Below, in pieces: positions 53,673 through 63,291 of a DNA stretch of 64,000 nt. The notes under the pieces are model-generated. The model worked only from the letters and a program-made list of their open reading frames with translations, was not told the DNA's origin and did no database searches. Source of the DNA: an uncultured Dehalococcoidia bacterium. GTDB taxonomy: Bacteria > Chloroflexota > Dehalococcoidia > Lucifugimonadales > G958296245. The stretch's first letter is position 1; each line of letters starts with the position of its first letter. The stretch spans positions 1,260,777 to 1,324,776 of the forward strand of contig OY282458.1 in NCBI GenBank assembly GCA_958296245.1, written 5' to 3'. Made by a program: the position numbers and the translations under genes.

Positions 53673-54881
53673 ATGAAGATTACCAACGTCGAGACGTTCA
53701 TAGTGGACGCCGGCTTCCGGCCTTGGACGTTCGTCAAGGTGGAGACGGACGAGGGGGTCACCGGGTACGGGGAGTGCAGCGACGGCAGGTCGCCCCTCGG
53801 CATAGCGGGGACCGTCGAGGACCTGGCGCCCGTGCTCGTCGGGCGGGACCCCAGGGCGTTCGAGATGCGCTTCTGGGACATGCTGCGCCGGGTGCGCCAG
53901 AGCCCCGGTGGCATAGCCGCGAAGGCCATCGCGGGCGTCGACTGCGCCCTCATCGATATCAAGGCCAAGGCCCTGGGCATATCGGTCGTCGAGCTGTTCG
54001 GGGGGCCCACCAGGGACAGGACCAGGCTATATTGGTCGCACTGCGGCACCACCCGCGCCCGGTGGCCCAAGCTGCTGGGTACGCCGCCGCTGCGCACCAT
54101 GGAGGACGTCGCCGACCTGGGGCGCGAGGTCGTCAGGCGGGGCTATACGGCGCTGAAGACGAACATCTTGCTGCCGGGAGAGCCGGCGGACGTCTTCTTC
54201 GGCGGCTTCGGCGGCGGGCCGGGCACCACCGACCAGTACGTGACGACGCCGTTGCTGCGCCACGTCGAGGCGCTGGTCGGCACGTTCCGCGACGCCGTAG
54301 GCCCCGACGTGGACATCAACCTCGACCTGAACTTCAACTTCAAGCCGGAGAGCGCGATGCGGATCGCCAAGGTACTCGAGCAGTTCGACTTGCTGTGGCT
54401 AGAGGTCGACATGTACGACCCCGACGCGGTCCTCCAGATCAAGCAGTCGACCAGCACCAAGATATGCACCGGCGAGAACCTCTTCTACATGCGCGAGTAC
54501 ATCCCGTACTTCCAGAGGCGCGCGGCCGACGTATTCATGATCGACGTGCCGTGGAACGGCTTCAGTCAGTCGAAGAAGGTCGGCGACCTGGCCGAGGTCT
54601 ACCAGCTAAACGTCGCGCCCCACAATTATTACAGCCACTTGGCCGACTTCATGAGCGCCAGCCTGTGCGCCGTCCTGCCCAACGTCCGCATCATGGAGAC
54701 GGACGTCGACGACGTGCCGTGGAAGGGCGACCTCGTAACGGTCCGGCCGGAGGTCGTCGACGGCCACGTCATGACTCCCACCGGGCCCGGCTGGGGCGCG
54801 GACCTCAACGAGGAGGTTGCCCGAGAGCACGCCTGGAAGCCCGGCGCGTACTGGGAGGGCGGGGGAGAACGCCCCCGGTAG
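53673..54881 (+). CDS. Enolase superfamily (mandelate racemase-like) enzyme
   Basis: MKITNVETFIVD.. parallels the starts of the two paralogs. ..LIDIKAKALG.SVVELFGG.., ..LWLEVD.., ..TGENL.. Start moved from 53634. Confidence 0.85.
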   Translation: MKITNVETFIVDAGFRPWTFVKVETDEGVTGYGECSDGRSPLGIAGTVEDLAPVLVGRDPRAFEMRFWDMLRRVRQSPGGIAAKAIAGVDCALIDIKAKALGISVVELFGGPTRDRTRLYWSHCGTTRARWPKLLGTPPLRTMEDVADLGREVVRRGYTALKTNILLPGEPADVFFGGFGGGPGTTDQYVTTPLLRHVEALVGTFRDAVGPDVDINLDLNFNFKPESAMRIAKVLEQFDLLWLEVDMYDPDAVLQIKQSTSTKICTGENLFYMREYIPYFQRRAADVFMIDVPWNGFSQSKKVGDLAEVYQLNVAPHNYYSHLADFMSASLCAVLPNVRIMETDVDDVPWKGDLVTVRPEVVDGHVMTPTGPGWGADLNEEVAREHAWKPGAYWEGGGERPR

Positions 54882-54988
54882 GGCGCGGCGCACTGGTCCT
54901 ACGGGAGCGCGCCTGAGCGCGGGGTCAGGGCCGCAGTGGCGTAACAACCCCTCAGCCGACGCGGCCCACGGCCGGTCTTGGGGGCCGG

Positions 54989-55438
54989 CTAGAGGCTGCT
55001 GAGCAGGGCGGAGACCAGCTTGCTGACCCTATGTCCCTCCGCTCTGCCTCGTACTTGCGGCATCACCTGGCCCATGACCCGGCCCATGTCGCCGGGGCCG
55101 GAGGCTCCCATCTCCGCTATGACCCTCTTGGCGATTTCGGCGGCCTCGTCGTCGGAGAGCTGCCGGGGTAGGTAGTCCATGATGACGGCCAGTTGGCCCT
55201 CTTCCTTTTCGACCAAGTCCGGGCGGTTCCCCTGCCTGAAGGCGTCGATGCTGTCGCGCCTCTGCTTGGCCTGCCTTCCGAGGACGGCTATAACGCCGTC
55301 GTCGTCCAGGTCCGCGCCGTCTTCGATCTCCTGATTGTGTATCTCCGAGCGCAGGTATCGGAGTACGGTCGTGCGTGCCGTATCGCGGCTGCGCATGGAG
55401 CTTTTCAAGTCCTCCATCATCCTATCTTTGATCGACAT
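54989..55438 (-). CDS. GatB/YqeY domain protein
   Basis: 149 aa. MSIKDRMMEDLKSSMRSRD..R..VLRYLRSEI.N.EI.. is typical of YqeY. Confidence 0.8.
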   Translation of the reverse strand: MSIKDRMMEDLKSSMRSRDTARTTVLRYLRSEIHNQEIEDGADLDDDGVIAVLGRQAKQRRDSIDAFRQGNRPDLVEKEEGQLAVIMDYLPRQLSDDEAAEIAKRVIAEMGASGPGDMGRVMGQVMPQVRGRAEGHRVSKLVSALLSSL

Positions 55439-55468
55439 GTTCGCGCTCCGTTAGGGGGGTCGTACCGG

Positions 55469-56956
55469 TCAGCCGGGCGTGATTGCACTGTATGCGGACA
55501 GCTTGTCCAGGGCGTCGTCTATGGCCGCGAGGGTGCGGTCTCGACCGAGGACTTCCATCGTCTCGAAGAGGGGGGGCGCCACCTTTAGGCCGGTGGCGGC
55601 GACCCTGAGGACGCCCAGAAGCTGGCCGGCCTTGAGGCCGAGCTTGCCGGCCAGCGGCCTTAGCGCGCCCTCTATGGACGCGGCGTCGTGTGACGGGAGC
55701 GCGCCGAGAACGGCCCGCGCCTGTTTCAGCGCGTCCAGGGCGCCGGCCTCGTCCATGCGTTTTTGCACCAGAACGGACGGGTCGTAGTCGACCTTCTTGA
55801 AGAGGAACTGTACGAGGGGCGCGGCGTCGCGCAGGGTCTTGAGCCGCTCTCGGACCAGCGGCGCGATGCGCGTCATGAGATCGAGGTCGCGGGGCGGGGG
55901 GAACTCCGCCGGCGGGTAGCGCCGCCAGAAGTCCAACAGCGCTTCCGCGAGGTCCCGGTGGGTCAGACGCCGTATGTAGTGGCCGTTGAGCCAGACCAGC
56001 TTGTCCGAGTCGAAGACCGCCGGGGAGCGGGACACGCGCTCCAGCGAGAAGGCTTTGATGAGCTCGTCGGCGGAGAACTCCTCCGTCCGGTCGTCCAGAG
56101 ACCATCCCAGCAGAGCCAGGAAGTTGGTCATGGCCTGCGGCAAGTACCCCATCTCCCGGTATTCGGTGACGGTCGCCGCCCCGTGCCGCTTGCTCAGCTT
56201 GGACCGGTCCGGAGCCAGGATGATGGGTAGGTGGGCGAAGACGGGCGGCGTCCACCCGAACGCCTCGTAGAGCCGTAGGTGCCTCGGCGCGCTTGGGAGC
56301 CACTCCTCGGCCCTGAGCACGTGGCTTATCTCCATATCGTGGTCATCGACCACGTTGGCGAGGTGGTAGGTTGGGAATCCGTCGGACTTGAGGAGAACGA
56401 AGTCGTCGATCAGTTCGTTCTCGAAGGACACGCATCCTCTCACGACGTCCTTCAAGGAGGTGGTCCCATCCTTCGGCATTGCGAATCTGACCACGCTGGG
56501 CGCGCCGTCTTGCCTTGCTCTTCTCTCCTCGGCGGTCAGGGCGCGGCAACGGCGGTCGTATCCGACGTGTTGCTTTCCCCGCGCCTGCTCGGCGCGCATC
56601 TGCTGCAGGCGCTCGGGGGTGCAGTAGCACGGGTACGCCTTCCCGGCGTCCATCAGATTCCCTGCGGCTGCGTGGTATCGGTCGAGCCGCTGAGACTGGT
56701 AGTAGGGGGCATGTCTGCCGCCCACGTCAGGCCCCTCGTCCCAGTCGATCCCAAGCCATCGGAGGGCTTCCAGGGTCTCGTCAACCGCCCCGTGGACCAG
56801 TCTGGCTTGGTCGGTGTCCTCGATGCGCACCATGAAGGCGCCGCCGGCGCCTCTGGCTAACAGCCAGTTGAATAGCGCCGTGCGGATATTGCCCAGGTGG
56901 GGGCCGCCCGTGGGGCTGGGAGCGAACCTCACCCTCACGTTCGCGGGGCGGGTCAT
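55469..56956 (-). CDS. gltX: Glutamate--tRNA ligase
   Basis: VRVRFAPSPTGGPHLGNIRTALFNW (HIGH-type), KLSKRHG (KMSKS). Start set at ATG 56956 with GGAGGTG upstream. The ORF's extra 120 upstream codons are rejected. Confidence 0.9.
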   Translation of the reverse strand: MTRPANVRVRFAPSPTGGPHLGNIRTALFNWLLARGAGGAFMVRIEDTDQARLVHGAVDETLEALRWLGIDWDEGPDVGGRHAPYYQSQRLDRYHAAAGNLMDAGKAYPCYCTPERLQQMRAEQARGKQHVGYDRRCRALTAEERRARQDGAPSVVRFAMPKDGTTSLKDVVRGCVSFENELIDDFVLLKSDGFPTYHLANVVDDHDMEISHVLRAEEWLPSAPRHLRLYEAFGWTPPVFAHLPIILAPDRSKLSKRHGAATVTEYREMGYLPQAMTNFLALLGWSLDDRTEEFSADELIKAFSLERVSRSPAVFDSDKLVWLNGHYIRRLTHRDLAEALLDFWRRYPPAEFPPPRDLDLMTRIAPLVRERLKTLRDAAPLVQFLFKKVDYDPSVLVQKRMDEAGALDALKQARAVLGALPSHDAASIEGALRPLAGKLGLKAGQLLGVLRVAATGLKVAPPLFETMEVLGRDRTLAAIDDALDKLSAYSAITPG

Positions 56957-56997
56957 GGATTCACCTCCGAGCGGCATTCTAGCACGGGAAGGCCGGG

Positions 56998-58146
56998 CTA
57001 GCCGCCCGGAATCAGCAGGGAGCGGTCGCTGACCGGGAGGGGGACGCGGGCCCCTCCCTGGAGGTGGGAGTGGGCTATGCCGAACTGGGCCTCTACGGTC
57101 TGCATCGTGACGTCGACGTTGCCCCTGGTGCGCTGGCCGGTCTCGATCTCCCTGATGATGTCTCGGATCGTGTTGACGGTGTGACTCTCGCCGGTGGGCC
57201 GGAAGGTCTGCAAGTCGACGACGCTGCCGTACATCCCGGCGCGCCGGACGAAGTTGGTCTCGCCGTTGTCCCACGAAGCCGCGAAACCCTCGGTGCCGTG
57301 GACCTCGATGTTCCACCCGGAGCGGGCGGGGACGTAGACGCCCTCGGCGCCGTTCTCGTAGCCGACGCGGTAGAAGTCTACGAGCGGGTCCGCTATCTCG
57401 TGGCCCTCCGGCGGTACGAACCCGTGCCTGTCGGGGTCGTACTCAGGGCTGGGAAGCGGCAGGCGCTGGGACAGACCCGGCCCGAACCTGGGCCCCATTC
57501 GCGGCATGGAGGCGTCCAGAGGGTCGCCCCTCTCGACCAGCCTGCCCTCGACCCATACCGGCTTGGGGTCGCCCAGCATCATGGAGACGGTATCCAGCGT
57601 GTGGGGGTGGTGCTTGATCAGGTCGGTGAAGGTGAATACGACGGCGTGCGTGGGTCTGCCTATGTCGCCCCTGGCGATGGCCTCGGCCACCTGGACGTAG
57701 CCGCTGTGCTGGCGGCGGGACGCCCCCCAGTTGAAGGCGGCGCCGTTGCTGTTGCAGGCCGCTTGTATCCGGTCCGCCTCGGCGAGCGACGAGCAGAGCC
57801 CCTTCTCCGCGTAGATGCCTTTGACGCCGTGCTCTGCGGCGAAGATTATGGGGTCTGCACGCGCAAACGTTGGTGTGGTCACGCTGACGATGTCGGGCTT
57901 CTCCGTCTCGATCATCTCTTCGTAGTCGAGGTAGGCGTTGCGGAAGTCGAAACGGTCGCAGAAGACCTTCATCCGCTCAGGGCTGCGGTTTGCCACTGCG
58001 ACCACCTCGGTCTCCTCGATCGCCGAGTAGGAGGCGAAGTGGGAGTAGGGCTTCGAGTACCGGTTGGTGTACGGCTGCTCGTCCTCCATCAGTCCGGCCA
58101 TGCGCCCCGTCCCGATGATTGCCGCCTTGTATTTGGGGTTCGCCAT
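56998..58146 (-). CDS. Gfo/Idh/MocA family oxidoreductase
   Basis: 382 aa. YKAAIIGTGRMAGLMEDE... Confidence 0.85.
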   Translation of the reverse strand: MANPKYKAAIIGTGRMAGLMEDEQPYTNRYSKPYSHFASYSAIEETEVVAVANRSPERMKVFCDRFDFRNAYLDYEEMIETEKPDIVSVTTPTFARADPIIFAAEHGVKGIYAEKGLCSSLAEADRIQAACNSNGAAFNWGASRRQHSGYVQVAEAIARGDIGRPTHAVVFTFTDLIKHHPHTLDTVSMMLGDPKPVWVEGRLVERGDPLDASMPRMGPRFGPGLSQRLPLPSPEYDPDRHGFVPPEGHEIADPLVDFYRVGYENGAEGVYVPARSGWNIEVHGTEGFAASWDNGETNFVRRAGMYGSVVDLQTFRPTGESHTVNTIRDIIREIETGQRTRGNVDVTMQTVEAQFGIAHSHLQGGARVPLPVSDRSLLIPGG

Positions 58147-58400
58147 ACTCGCCTCCCTGCGGTGTTTTCGGGGAAGACTGTATCAGCAGGCTTGCATCCG
58201 CCGCAACGGACCGGCGATGAGAGAGGGGAACCGGTTAGCATGACAACACCTTAACCAGGTGTTGCACTTCGTTTGTGAGTCTGGGGAATCCACTCCTTGG
58301 CCCTGCGTATACGGCGGCGTCACGGCGACTTGGCATAACCCGGCTCGGGAATCCGGATTACGCTTCGCGGCAAATACGGCGTAGGTACGGCGGATAGGGC

Positions 58401-58429
58401 TTGAACGGCTTGCGTCCATGATGTAGATT
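58401..58429 (+). promoter_or_regulatory. Candidate promoter for the DUF1501-DUF1800-NHL operon
   Basis: TTGAAC - 17 nt - TAGATT, with the -10 ending 58 nt upstream of ATG 58488. Confidence 0.3.
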
Positions 58430-58487
58430 ATCCTGCAAACTTAGTCGGTGCAAAAAGCGCAATGGAATCGAGGCGCAGGAGGGTACA

Positions 58488-59621
58488 ATGACCTCGAACG
58501 GGCACAACCGGTCGCTGGTGGTTATCCAGCTTTCGGGCGGAAACGACTATCTGAACACCCTCGTTCCGTACAACGAAGGGCTGTACTACGACTACCGGCC
58601 CGCCGTGAGCATCGAGCCTGAGCAGGTGCTAAAGCTGGACGACCAGTACGGGTTCAGGCCCGGCATGGAGCCGGTCAAGCGCCTGTGGGACGAGGGCAAG
58701 GTTGCGATAGTGAACGGCATCGGCTACCCGAACCCGAACCGCTCCCACTTCCGCTCCATGGACATATGGCATACCGCTCTTCCCGAGGACATCGGCAACG
58801 AGGGTTGGCTCGGCAGAGCCATCCGCGAGCTCGACCCCAAGGGCGACAACGTGCTGACGGGCGTGAACTTCGGACGCGGGCTGCCCCGCGCGCTGGGGTG
58901 CAGGGGAGTGCCGGTGGCCTCGGTGGGTAACCTCGAGACCTACGGCCTCTTCCCGGACATGGAGGACGAGTCGCTGCGCAAGTTCGCGCTGGAGACGTTC
59001 GCCAAGATGTACGGCGGGGCCCGCGGCGGCGACGCCGTAATGGACTTCCTCGGACAGACGGGCACGGACGCGTTGAAGGGCGCCGACATCCTCCGCACCG
59101 CGCCGGCCGTCTACTCGTCCGGCGTCGAGTACGCGGCTGACCCGATGGGCCAGAGCCTCAAGAGCGTGGCCCAAGTCTTGTTCGCCGACCTCGGCACCCG
59201 CATCTTCTACACGCAGCACGGCAGCTTCGACACCCACTCGGGCGAGCTGAAGACCCATGCCCAGCTGTGGGACGAGGTTGCGGGCGGCATCGGGGACTTC
59301 ATGGACGATCTCAAGGAGCACGGGCGGGAGGATGACGTAGCCATCCTGGTCTTCTCCGAATTCGGGCGCAGAATCAAGGACAACGGCTCCGGCACCGACC
59401 ACGGCTCCGGCGGGATTGCGTTCGTAATCGGCGGGTCCGTCGATGGCGGCATGTACGGCGAGTACCCCTCGATGAAGGAGGAGGACCAGCTGGACGGCGA
59501 CCTCCACTTCAACAATGACTTCCGGTCCACATACTCGACCATCCTGGAGGACTGGATGGGTTTGGAAGCCGCACCGATAGTCAACGGCCGGTTCGAGTCC
59601 TTCGACCTCATCAAGAACTGA
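58488..59621 (+). CDS. DUF1501 domain protein
   Basis: 377 aa, about 60% identical by eye to 19801-20940 (..IQLSGGNDYLNTLVPY.., ..RSHFRSMDIWHTA.., ..GTDHG..). Confidence 0.85.
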   Translation: MTSNGHNRSLVVIQLSGGNDYLNTLVPYNEGLYYDYRPAVSIEPEQVLKLDDQYGFRPGMEPVKRLWDEGKVAIVNGIGYPNPNRSHFRSMDIWHTALPEDIGNEGWLGRAIRELDPKGDNVLTGVNFGRGLPRALGCRGVPVASVGNLETYGLFPDMEDESLRKFALETFAKMYGGARGGDAVMDFLGQTGTDALKGADILRTAPAVYSSGVEYAADPMGQSLKSVAQVLFADLGTRIFYTQHGSFDTHSGELKTHAQLWDEVAGGIGDFMDDLKEHGREDDVAILVFSEFGRRIKDNGSGTDHGSGGIAFVIGGSVDGGMYGEYPSMKEEDQLDGDLHFNNDFRSTYSTILEDWMGLEAAPIVNGRFESFDLIKN

Positions 59622-59680
59622 TACCGAATTGCCGCGAGGGGGGCAGGTTGGACCCGCCCCTACGCGACGGGGAGGCACAA

Positions 59681-61096
59681 ATGAGCAGTCGCGACATGGA
59701 GATGATGGCGCACCTGATGCGCCGGGCCGGCTTCGGGGCCACCAGGCCCGAGCTGGAAGAGCACGTTGCCAGAGGCTACGAGGCGACCGTAGAGAAGCTC
59801 CTCAACCCCGGAGACCCCCACAATCTGCCCGACGACGTGCTCCGGCGCTACCACGTGGACATGGGCGAGTCCCGGTTCCTGGACACGGCCGGCGCCTACT
59901 GGATATACCGAATGGTCACGACGGAGAACCCCCTGGAGGAGAAGATCGCCCTCTTCTGGCACGGACTGTTCGCCACCGGCTACGCCAAGCTGAACCAAGC
60001 GCGCTCGCTCCTCAACCAGATCGAGATGTTCCGGCGCGTCGGCCTCGGCAGCTTCCGCGACCTGCTGGTGGAGCTGTCCAAGGACCCGGCGATGCTCGTC
60101 TGGCTGGACAACAACGACAACCACAACGGGGCCATAAACGAGAACTACGGGCGCGAGCTGCTGGAGCTCTTCTCTATGGGCATCGGCAACTACACCGAGC
60201 AGGACATCAAGGAGGCTTCGCGGGCCTTCACCGGCTGGACGCTGGGCAACGCCGAGTACATGGTGACCAGGTCCATGAAGGATTCGATATGGCCCTACGG
60301 CAGGATCTCGTGGCACTTCGACTTCCGGGAGTGGGACCACGACGACGGCGAGAAGACCTTCCTCGGCGAGACGGGCGCTTGGGACGGGGATGACATCGTT
60401 GAGATCATCTGCAAGCAGTCGTCGGCAGCGGAGTTCGTTTGCAGGCGCATCTTCCAGTTCTTCGCCGCCGACGAGATAGACGGGGAAGGAGAGGAAGTCG
60501 TCGCCGATATGATGCGCAGCTACTTCGAGTCCGACTACGAGATCAGGTCCGTCCTCCGTACGTTGTTCAACTCCGACTACTTCAGGTCGGAGCGCTCCAT
60601 GTACAAGAGGGTGAAGGCCCCGGTCGAGGTGGTCGTGGGCGCCGTACGGATAGCTGGGAGCTACCGGGAGCCCACCCTGGAAGCGCCGCAGCTTGCCAGC
60701 CAGGCGCTGTTCATGGGCCAAGGGCTGCTCATGCCGCCCACGGTCGAGGGATGGCACGAGGGCGACGAGTGGATCGACAGCGGCGCGCTGGTGGAGCGCG
60801 TCAATTTCGCCGCTCAGGAGTTGAGAAACGTGGAGCTGCCCGGCGTGCAGGACATAATATACAGGCTCGCGCACATGAACGGGGGCACGCTCACGCCCGC
60901 CGAGCTTGTGAACGGCTGCCTCGACCTGATGGGGCCGATCCGGGTCTCCGACGAGACGAGGGAAGCGCTGACCGGGTACGTTGCCAGGAGCGGCGATGTT
61001 CCGCTGCGGGACGACGATTCCGCGGAGGAGTCGGCGAACCGGGTCGGCGAGGTCCTCGGCCTCATAACGGCGACGCGCGAGTATCAGCTCGCATAA
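59681..61096 (+). CDS. DUF1800 domain protein
   Basis: MSSRDMEMMAHLMRRAGFGATRPELE.., ..LFWHGLFAT.., ..ENYGRELLELFSMG.. ATG 59681 with GGGGAGG upstream is preferred over TTG 59648. Confidence 0.8.
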   Translation: MSSRDMEMMAHLMRRAGFGATRPELEEHVARGYEATVEKLLNPGDPHNLPDDVLRRYHVDMGESRFLDTAGAYWIYRMVTTENPLEEKIALFWHGLFATGYAKLNQARSLLNQIEMFRRVGLGSFRDLLVELSKDPAMLVWLDNNDNHNGAINENYGRELLELFSMGIGNYTEQDIKEASRAFTGWTLGNAEYMVTRSMKDSIWPYGRISWHFDFREWDHDDGEKTFLGETGAWDGDDIVEIICKQSSAAEFVCRRIFQFFAADEIDGEGEEVVADMMRSYFESDYEIRSVLRTLFNSDYFRSERSMYKRVKAPVEVVVGAVRIAGSYREPTLEAPQLASQALFMGQGLLMPPTVEGWHEGDEWIDSGALVERVNFAAQELRNVELPGVQDIIYRLAHMNGGTLTPAELVNGCLDLMGPIRVSDETREALTGYVARSGDVPLRDDDSAEESANRVGEVLGLITATREYQLA

Positions 61097-61119
61097 GCCC
61101 GTACAGGAGTACCACGGCA

Positions 61120-62139
61120 GTGACTACACAGGCCGCCGCGCCGCCGCTGACCCTGAAGTACGCCAAGACGATCGGCATCGTCAACAACGGCCTCAACGGG
61201 CGCGGCTTCGCCTACCCCTGCGACCTCGCCGTCAGCGGGGATGGGCGCATCTTCGTGATGAACCGGTGGGACAAGGCCCCGCGCGTCGGTATCTGCAACC
61301 TCGACGAGGACTACGTCGGGGAGTTCGGCGGGGGATACGGCAAGGACGCGGGGCAGTTCACGCTGCCGGTCTCCATCGCGTTCGACAGCGAGGAGCGGCT
61401 CTACGTCACCGATGAGTATCTGGACCGGGTCTCCATATTCAGCACGGACGGCGAGTTGCTCGAGACGTGGGGCGCGGCGGGCTCCGGCGACGGCGAGCTC
61501 AACGGCCCCGCCGGCATAGCCTTCGACCCCGACGACAATCTCTACCTTGTCGACCAACGCAACCACCGCGTTCAGAGGTTCTCACGCGCAGGCGAGTTCC
61601 TCGGCAAGTGGGGGAGCCACGGGGACGGTCCGGGTGAGTTCAACATGCCTTGGGGCGCCGCGCTGGACTCTGGCGGTAACGTCTACGTAGCGGACTGGCG
61701 CAACGACCGAGTCCAGAAGTTCACGCCGGACGGCTGCTACCTCGCCAGCTTCGGCGATCCCGGCAGCGGCGAGGGCCAGCTGCACAGGCCGGCAGGCGTG
61801 GCGGTGGACGGCAACGGGAACGTCTACGTTGCCGACTGGGGCAACGAGCGCGTCCAAGTCTTCGCGCCGGACGGCAGCTTGGCGGCGCTTCTGCGAGGAG
61901 AGGCCACGCTGTCCAAGTGGGCCTCGGAGTTCCTGGCGGCGAACCCGGACGAGAAGGTGGTGCGCGACAAGTCCAACCTGATCCCGGACCTGCCGCTCCA
62001 TCTCAGCTCCCCATACCAGGTATCCTCGCAGACCGAGCCGTACTTCTGGGGCCCCGTTTCCGTAAAGCTGGACGGCCAAGGCCGCCTCTACGTCACCGAG
62101 ACGAACCGCCACCGCTTCCAAGTCTACGACGTAGCGTAG
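61120..62139 (+). CDS. NHL-repeat beta-propeller protein
   Basis: Repeats G.G.GE...P.G.A.D..GN.YVADW.N.RVQ.F. GTG 61120 with CAGGAG upstream. The long ORF 60439-62139 is out of frame with DUF1800 upstream of that. Confidence 0.8.
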   Translation: MTTQAAAPPLTLKYAKTIGIVNNGLNGRGFAYPCDLAVSGDGRIFVMNRWDKAPRVGICNLDEDYVGEFGGGYGKDAGQFTLPVSIAFDSEERLYVTDEYLDRVSIFSTDGELLETWGAAGSGDGELNGPAGIAFDPDDNLYLVDQRNHRVQRFSRAGEFLGKWGSHGDGPGEFNMPWGAALDSGGNVYVADWRNDRVQKFTPDGCYLASFGDPGSGEGQLHRPAGVAVDGNGNVYVADWGNERVQVFAPDGSLAALLRGEATLSKWASEFLAANPDEKVVRDKSNLIPDLPLHLSSPYQVSSQTEPYFWGPVSVKLDGQGRLYVTETNRHRFQVYDVA

Positions 62140-62145
62140 GCTCCG

Positions 62146-63291
62146 TTGCACATAGGTGCGTTCTACGAGTTCTTCTCCGGCGCCGGGATGGCGCGCGCCG
62201 GACTTGGCGAGCACTGGCAGTGTCTCTTTGCGAATGACTGGGACAGTAAGAAGGTGGCGACCTACTTCTCGAATTGGGGTGACATGCCACTTTGCGAAGA
62301 TGTCCGCAAAGTGGCTGCCGATGATTTGCCCGGTCGCGCCGATCTGGCGTGGGCCTCTTTCCCCTGCCAGGACTTGTCTCTTGCCGGCGGAGGCGCTGGC
62401 TTGAAGGGAGAACGCTCCGGTACTTTCTGGTCGTTCTGGAGGATCATGACAGGGCTGAACGATCAGGGAAGAGGGCCGACACTAATAGTGCTTGAGAACG
62501 TCTGCGGGGCTTTGACCTCTCACGGAGGCAGAGACTTCGCTACTATCTGCGGGGCGCTCCAAGAAGCAGGCTATCGATTTGGAGCGCTGATTGTAGATGC
62601 AGTGCTATTTGTTCCGCATTCGCGGCCGAGACTCTTCATTGTTGCCATTAAGGAAGCCGTAGATATACCTAACTCGCTGGTAGGTGACGAACCGCGCGGA
62701 GAGTTCCATACCCGCACGCTAAGAGCAGTCTATTCAAGGTTACCATTCTCTGTTCAAGAGAGTTGGATATGGTGGACTTTGGACGCTCCGGCAGCAAGAG
62801 ATGCTTGCTTAGCAGACATCGTTGAAGAATACCCCTCCAGCGTGCCCTGGCATACCCCGGAGGAAACGCGTAAGCTGCTAAGCATGATGAGCGACATTAA
62901 CCTAGAGAAAGTGTGTAGAGCCAAGAGAGAAGGACGCCGAATAGTAGGCACAGCCTACAAGCGTACGCGCCGTGACAATTCGGGTCGAAAAGTTCAGCGG
63001 GCTGAAGTTCGTTTCGATGGTGTCGCCGGTTGCTTACGAACTCCAGCAGGCGGATCGAGTCGGCAGCTCCTCGTAGTTGTAGATGGCCAGCAGGTACGGT
63101 CGCGCTTAGTTTCTAGTCGGGAGAGCGCCCGTCTTATGGGTCTGCCGGACAACTACAACTTGCCGGACAATTACAACGAGGCATACCATCTTACCGGCGA
63201 CGGAGTTGCGGTGCCAGTTGTACGATTCTTGACGTGCGAAATTTTTGAGCCTCTGCTTATGCGGACCGCCAAGACAAAGGTGGCTGTATGA
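62146..63291 (+). CDS. dcm: DNA (cytosine-5)-methyltransferase
   Basis: Motif I FFSGAGMA, IV SFPCQDLSLAG, VI LENVCGAL, VIII ..LIVDA..F.PHSRPRLFIV.., IX RESARLMGLPDNY, X GDGVAVPVV. TTG start. Confidence 0.9.
   Translation: MHIGAFYEFFSGAGMARAGLGEHWQCLFANDWDSKKVATYFSNWGDMPLCEDVRKVAADDLPGRADLAWASFPCQDLSLAGGGAGLKGERSGTFWSFWRIMTGLNDQGRGPTLIVLENVCGALTSHGGRDFATICGALQEAGYRFGALIVDAVLFVPHSRPRLFIVAIKEAVDIPNSLVGDEPRGEFHTRTLRAVYSRLPFSVQESWIWWTLDAPAARDACLADIVEEYPSSVPWHTPEETRKLLSMMSDINLEKVCRAKREGRRIVGTAYKRTRRDNSGRKVQRAEVRFDGVAGCLRTPAGGSSRQLLVVVDGQQVRSRLVSSRESARLMGLPDNYNLPDNYNEAYHLTGDGVAVPVVRFLTCEIFEPLLMRTAKTKVAV

Noticed and set aside
53723-54916. 397-aa + strand ORF overlapping the enolase-family gene in another frame
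   Set aside because: Arg/Gly/Pro-rich with no motifs. The alternative frame (53673-54881) has clear enolase-superfamily motifs.
57064-58254. 396-aa + strand ORF antisense to the Gfo/Idh/MocA gene; also 58629-59678 (-), 59660-60874 (-) and 27352-28506 (-)
   Set aside because: All are antisense shadows of well-supported genes (Gfo, DUF1501, DUF1800, aroC) with biased Val/Arg/Gly/Pro composition and no recognisable domains.
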